From: Eledone cirrhosa
Taxonomy: Eukaryota
Direction of reading: 5' to 3'
DNA: 64,000 nt
Assembly: GCA_964016885.1 (NCBI GenBank)
Contig: OZ024762.1
Location: forward strand, 29,140,001 to 29,204,000
The first letter of the stretch is position 1; each line of letters begins with the position of its first letter. The notes beneath the pieces are model-generated. The model saw nothing but the letters and a program-made list of their open reading frames with translations. It had not been told where the DNA came from and made no database searches. Below are positions 58,219-64,000 of the stretch, one piece after another. Made by a program: the position numbers and the translations under genes.

Positions 58219-61200
58219 CAGTTTCTCTCTCAACACGTCACATGTCCATACCACCTCAGTCTCCTCTCCCACACACCACAACTTATCCCTCTTATACACA
58301 GTTTCTCTCTCAACACATCACATGTTCATACCATCTCAGTCTCCTCTCCCACACACCACAACTTATCCCTCTTATACACAGTTTCTCTGTCAACACATCA
58401 CATGTCCATACCATCTCAGTCATCTCTCCCACACACCACAACTTATCCCTCTTATACCCAGTTTCTATCTCACACTCATCACATGCCTATTCCATCTCAG
58501 TCTTCTCTCCCACACACCACAACTTATCCCTCTTATACACAGTTTCTCTCTCAACTCATCACATGTCCATACCATCTCAGTCTTCTCTCCCACACACTAC
58601 AACTTATCCCTCTTATACACAGTTTCTCTCTCAACTCATCACATGTCCATTCCATCTCAGTCTTCTCTCCCACACACCACAACTTATCCCTCTTATACAC
58701 AGTTTCTCTCTCAACACATCACATGTCCAAACCATCTCAGTCTTCTCCCCCACACACTACAACTTATCCCTCTTATACACAGTTTCTCTATCAACACATC
58801 ACATGTCCATACCACCTCAGTCTTCTCTCCTGTACACTACAACTTATCCCTCTTATACACAGTTTCTCTCTCAACACATCACATGTCCATACCATCTCAG
58901 TCTTCTCTCCCACACACTATAACTTATCCCTCTGATACACAGTTTCTCTCTCAACACATCACATGTCCATACCATCTCAGTCTTCTCTCCCACACACTAC
59001 AACTTATGCCTCTTATACACAGTTTCTCTCTCAACACATCACATGTCCATACCACCTCAGTCATCTCTCCCATACACCACAACTTATCCCTCTTATACCT
59101 AGTTTCTCTCTCAACTCATCACATGTCCATTCCATCTCAGTCTTCTCTCCCACACACCACAACTTATCCCTCTGATACACAGTTTCTCTCTCAACTCATC
59201 ACACGTCCATACCACCTCAGTCTTCTCTCCCACACACCACAACTTATCCCTCTTATACGCAGTTTCTCTCTCAACTCATCACATGTCCATACCGTCTCAG
59301 TCTTCTCTCCCACACACCACAACTTATCCCTCTTATACCCAGTTTCTCTCTCAACTCATCACATGTCCATACCATCTCAGTCTTCTCTCCCACACACTAC
59401 AACTTATCCCACTTATACACAGTTTCTCTCTCAACACATCACATGTCCATACCACCTCAGTCATCTCTCACACACACCACAACTTATCCCTCTTATACCC
59501 AGTTTCTTTCTCAACACATCACATGTCCATACCACCTCAGTCATCTCTCCCACACACCACAACTTATCCCTCTTATACCCAGTTTCTCTCTCAACTCATC
59601 ACATGTCCATACCATCTCAGTCTTCTCTCCCACACACTACAACTTATCCCTCTTATACACAGTTTCTCTCTCAACGCATCACATGTCCATACCAGCTCAG
59701 TGATCTCTCCCACACACCACAACTTATCCCTCTTATACACAGTTTCTCTCTCAACACATCACATATCCATACCACCTCAGTCTTCTCTCCCACACACCAC
59801 AACTTATCCCCCTTATACACAGTTTCTCTCTCAACACAAAATGTCCATACCATCTCAGTCATCTCTCTCACACACTACGACTTATCCCTCTTATACACAG
59901 TTTCTCTCTCAACTCATCACATGTCCATTCCATCTCAGTCTTCTCTCCCACACACCACAACTTATCCCTCTTATACCCAGTTTCTCTCTCAACACATCAC
60001 ATGTCCATACCACCTCAGTCATCTCTCCCACACACCACAACTTATCCCTCTTATACACAGTTTCTCTCTCAACTCATCACATGTCCATACCACCTCAGTC
60101 ATCTCTCCCACACACCACAACTTATCCCTCTTATACACAGTTTCTCTCTCAACACATCACATGTCCATACCATCTCAATCTTCTCTCCCACACACCACAA
60201 CTTATCCCTCTTATACACAGTTAATCTCTCAACACATCACATGACCATACCACCTCAGTCATCTCTCTCACACACCACAACTTATCCCTCTTATACACAG
60301 TTTCTCTCTCAACACATCACATGTCCATACCACCTCAGTCTTCTCTCCCACACACCACAACTTATCCCTCTTATACACAGTTTCTCTCTGAAGACATCAC
60401 ATGTCCATACCACCTCAGTCATCTCTCCCACACACCACAACTTATCCCTCTTATACACAGTTTCTCTCTCAACACATCACATGTCCATACCATCTCAATC
60501 TTCTCTCCCACACACCACAACTTATCCCTCTTATACACAGTTAATCTCTCAACACATCACATGGCCATACCACCTCAGTCATCTCTCTCACACACCACAA
60601 CTTATCCCTCTTATACCCAGTTTCTCTCTCAACACATCACATGTCCATACCACCTCAGTCTTCTCTCCCACACACCACAACTTATCCCTCTTATACACAG
60701 TTTCTCTCTCAACACATCACATGTCCATACCACCTCAGTCATCTCTCCCACACACCACAACTTATCCCTCTTATACACAGTTTCTCTCTCAACACATCAC
60801 ATGTCCATTCCATCTCAGTCTTCTCTCCCACACACTACAACTTATCCCTCTGATACCCAGTTTCTCTCTCAACACATCACATCTCCATACCATCTCAGTC
60901 TTCTCTCCCACACACCACAACTTATCCCTCTTATACAGAGTTTCTCTCTCAACACGTCACATGTCCATACCATCTCAGTCTTCTCCTCCGCTCACTACAA
61001 CTTATCCTTCTGATACACAGTTTCTCTCCCACACACCACAACTTATCTCTCTTATACACAGTTTCTCTCTCAACACATCACATGTACATACCATCTTAGT
61101 CTTCTCTCGCACAAACCACAATTTATCCCTCTTATACCCAGTTTCTCTCTCAACTCATCACATGTCCATACCATCTCAGTCTTCTCTCCCACACATTACA

Positions 61201-62098
61201 ACTTATGCCTCTTATACACAGTTTCACACTCAACACATCACATGTCCATACCATCGCAGCCTTCTCTCCCACACACCACAACTTATCCCTCTTATACCCA
61301 GTTTCTCTCTCAATACATCACATGTTCATACCATCGCAGCCTTCTCTCCCACACACCACAACTTATCCCTCTTATACCCAGTTTCTCTCTCAACATATCA
61401 CATGTCCATACCATCTCAGTCTTCTCTCCCACACACTACAACTTATCAATCTGATACCCAGTTTCTCTCTCAACACATCACATGTCCATACCATCTCAGT
61501 CTTCTCTCCCACACACTACAACTTATCCCTCTTATACACAGTTTCTCTCTCAACACATCATATGTCCATACCATCTCAGTCTTCTCTCCCACACACCACA
61601 ACTTATCCCTCTTATACACAGTTTCTCCCTCAACACATCACATGTCCATACCATCTCAGTCTTCTCTCCCACACACTACAACTTATCCCTCTTATACACA
61701 GTTTCTCTCTCAACGCATCACCTGTCCATTCCATCTCAGTCTTCTCTCCCACACACCACAACTTATCCCTCTTATACACAATTTCTCTCTCAACTCATCA
61801 CATGTTCATACCATCTCAGTCTTCTCTCCCACACACCACAACTTATCCCTCTTATACACAGTTTCTCTCTCAACACATCACATGTCCATAGCATCTCAGT
61901 CATCTCTCTCACACACTACGACTTATCCCTCTTATACACAGTTTCTCTCTCAACACATCACATGTCCATTCCATCTCAGTCTTCTCTCCCACACACCACA
62001 ACTTATCCCTCTTATACCCAGTTTCTCTCTCAACACATCACATGTCCATACCACCTCAGTCATCTCTCCCACACACCACAACTTATCCCTCTTATACA

Positions 62099-62818
62099 CA
62101 GTTTCTCTCTCAACTCATCACATGTCCATACCACCTCAGTCTCCTCTCCCGTACACTACATTCTATCCTTCTCAGATACAGTTTCTCTCTCAACACATTA
62201 CATGTCCATACCACCTCAGTCTCCTCTGCCGTACACTACATTCTATCCCTCTCAGACACAGTTTCTCTCTCTACACATCACATGTCCATACCACCTCAGT
62301 CTCCTGTCCCGTACACTACATTCTATCCCTCTCAGACACAGTTTCTCTCTCAACACATCACATGTCCATACCACCTCAGTCTCCTCTCCCGTACACTACA
62401 TTCTATCCCTCTCAGACACAGTTTCTCTCTCAACACATCACATGTCCATACCACCTCAGTCTCCTGTCCCGTACACTACATTCTATCCTTCTCAGACACA
62501 GTTTCTCTCTCAACACATCACATGTCCATACCACCTCAGTCTCCTCTCCCGTACACTACATTCTATCCCTCTCAGACACAGTTTCTCTCTCAACACATCA
62601 CATGTCCATACCACCTCAGTCTCCTCTCCCGTACACTACATTCTATCCTTCTCAGATACAGTTTCTCTCTCAACACATTACATGTCCATACCACCTCAGT
62701 CTCCTCTGCCGTACACTACATTCTATCCCTCTCAGACACAGTTTCTATCACAACACATCACATGTCCATACCACCTCAGTCTCCTCTCCCGTACACTACA
62801 TTCTATCCCTCTCAGACA
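62099..62818. repeat. Type-B block 8 (9 monomers, different variant order)
   Basis: Diagnostic B substitutions plus the private variants CTCTCTACAC (~62270) and TTCTATCACAAC (~62745). Confidence 0.88.
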
Positions 62819-63298
62819 CAGTTTCTCTCTCAACACATCACATGTCCATACCATCGCAGCCTTCTCTCCCACACACCACAACTTATCCCTGTTATACACA
62901 GTTTCACACTCATCACATCACATGTCCATTCCATCTCAGTCTTCTCTCCCACACACCACAACTTATCCCTCTTATACACAGTTTCTCTCTCAACTCATCA
63001 CATGTCCATACCACCTCAGTCATCTCTCCCACACACCACAACTTATCCCTCTTATACACAGTTTCTCTCTCAACACATCACATGTACATACCATCTCAAT
63101 CTTCTCTCCCACACACCACAACTTATCCCTCTTATACACAGTTAATCTCTCAACACATCACATGACCATACCACCTCAGTCATCTCTCTCACACACCACA
63201 ACTTATCCCTCTTATACACAGTTTCTCTCTCAACACATCACATGTCCATACCACCTCAGTCTTCTCTCCCACACACCACAACTTATCCCTCTTATACA

Positions 63299-64000
63299 CA
63301 GTTTCTCTCTCAACACATTACATGTCCATACCACCTCAGTCTCCTCTCCCGTACACTACATTCTATCCCTCTCAGATACAGTTTCTCTCTCAACACATCA
63401 CATGTCCATACCACCTCAGTCTCCTCGCCCGTACACTACATTCTATCCCTCTCAGATACAGTTTCTCTCTCAACACATTACATGTCCATACCACCTCAGT
63501 CTCCTCTCCCGTACACTACATTCTATCCCTCTCAGATACAGTTTCTCTCTCAACACATTACATGTCCATACCACCTCAGTCTCCTCTCCCGTACACTACA
63601 TTCTATCCCTCTCAGATACAGTTTCTCTCTCAACACATCACATGTCCATACCACCTCAGTCTCCTCTCCCGTACACTACATTCTATCCCTCTCAGATACA
63701 GTTTCTCTCTCAACACATCACATGTCCATACCACCTCAGTCTCCTCTCCCGTACACTACATTCTATCCTTCTCAGACACAGTTTCTCTCTCAACACATCA
63801 CATGTCCATACCACCTCAGTCTATTCTCCCGTACACTACATTCTATCCCTCTCAGACACAGTTTCTCTCTCAACACATCACATGTCCATACCACCTCAGT
63901 ATCCTCTCCCGTACACTACATTCTATCCTTCTCAGAGACAGTTTCTCTCTCAACACATTACATGTCCATACCACCTCAGTCTCCTCTCCCGTACACTACA
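63299..64000. repeat. Type-B block 9 (truncated by window end, same variant order as blocks 6/7)
   Basis: CTCCTCGCCC at 63421, CTATTCTCCC at ~63821, and CAGTATCC plus CTCAGAGACA at ~63900-63940. Confidence 0.9.

Larger units (their letters stand above)
52624..60617. repeat. Near-perfect tandem duplication of a 3997-bp (50-monomer) higher-order unit
   Basis: ORF pairs 53045/57042, 53445/57442 and 54966/58963 are all offset by 3997 bp. Both copies share a private 1-bp insertion (TATCTCACACTC at ~54475 and ~58472) and CTGAAGAC (~56391, ~60388). Confidence 0.9.
1..64000. repeat. 80-bp monomer tandem satellite array, ~800 copies, head-to-tail, single orientation, extends beyond both window ends
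   Basis: The unit CAGTTTCTCTCTCAACACATCACATGTCCATACCA... recurs every 80 bp from the first to the last line. ORF-track ATG starts are spaced at multiples of 80, with occasional -2, -1, +1, -20, -39 and +7 shifts. I saw no unique intervening sequence. Confidence 0.99.

Noticed and set aside
66-63165. Long plus-strand Ser/His/Thr/Leu/Pro-rich ORFs (up to 1906 aa) as repeat-protein genes
   Set aside because: All three frames encode the same cyclic 80-aa text because 80 mod 3 is not 0 and the strand lacks stops. Frameshifting indels and stop-creating variants are freely tolerated, and there is no unique N- or C-terminal domain.
1-64000. CRISPR array or repeat-spacer system
   Set aside because: There are no unique spacers. 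The whole 80-bp unit is repeated with only point variants, and there are no cas genes or leader.
1-64000. Rolling-circle or sequencing concatemer artefact
   Set aside because: Variants are shared in ordered, hierarchical patterns across kilobases with two discrete subfamilies, which random read error on a single template would not produce.
1-64000. Telomeric repeat, tandem tRNA/5S/snRNA gene array, or inverted segments
   Set aside because: There is no short telomere-type unit, no cloverleaf or Pol III A/B boxes, almost no pairing potential beyond the 6-bp palindrome ACATGT, and no strand switch seen anywhere.

Overview
The entire 64 kb window is one uninterrupted, head-to-tail, single-orientation tandem array (satellite DNA) of an 80-bp monomer, about 800 copies, running off both ends. 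It looks eukaryotic. I see no real genes, RNA genes or CRISPR arrays. The long plus-strand ORFs are artefacts of a G-poor strand whose consensus has no stop codon in any frame. Consensus type A: CAGTTTCTCTCTCAACACATCACATGTCCATACCATCTCAGTCTTCTCTCCCACACAC(C/T)ACAACTTATCCCTCTTATACA. Type B differs at 9 of 80 positions: CAGTTTCTCTCTCAACACATCACATGTCCATACCACCTCAGTCTCCTCTCCCGTACACTACATTCTATCCCTCTCAGACA. It forms nine discrete blocks from 23.5 kb onward. The main observation is on the minus strand, where one monomer length translates as DVLREKL(C/G)IRGISC(G/S)VWERRLRWYGHVM (A) or DVLREKLCLRGIECSVRERRLRWYGHVM (B). This closely resembles the 'R..RLRW(F/Y)GHV.R' segment downstream of the reverse transcriptase in RTE-clade non-LTR retrotransposons. 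The satellite therefore appears to be a massively amplified 80-bp piece of a LINE coding sequence. On top of the monomer is an irregular, nested higher-order structure of 240 bp to about 7.8 kb duplications, which can be traced through shared SNPs and indels.
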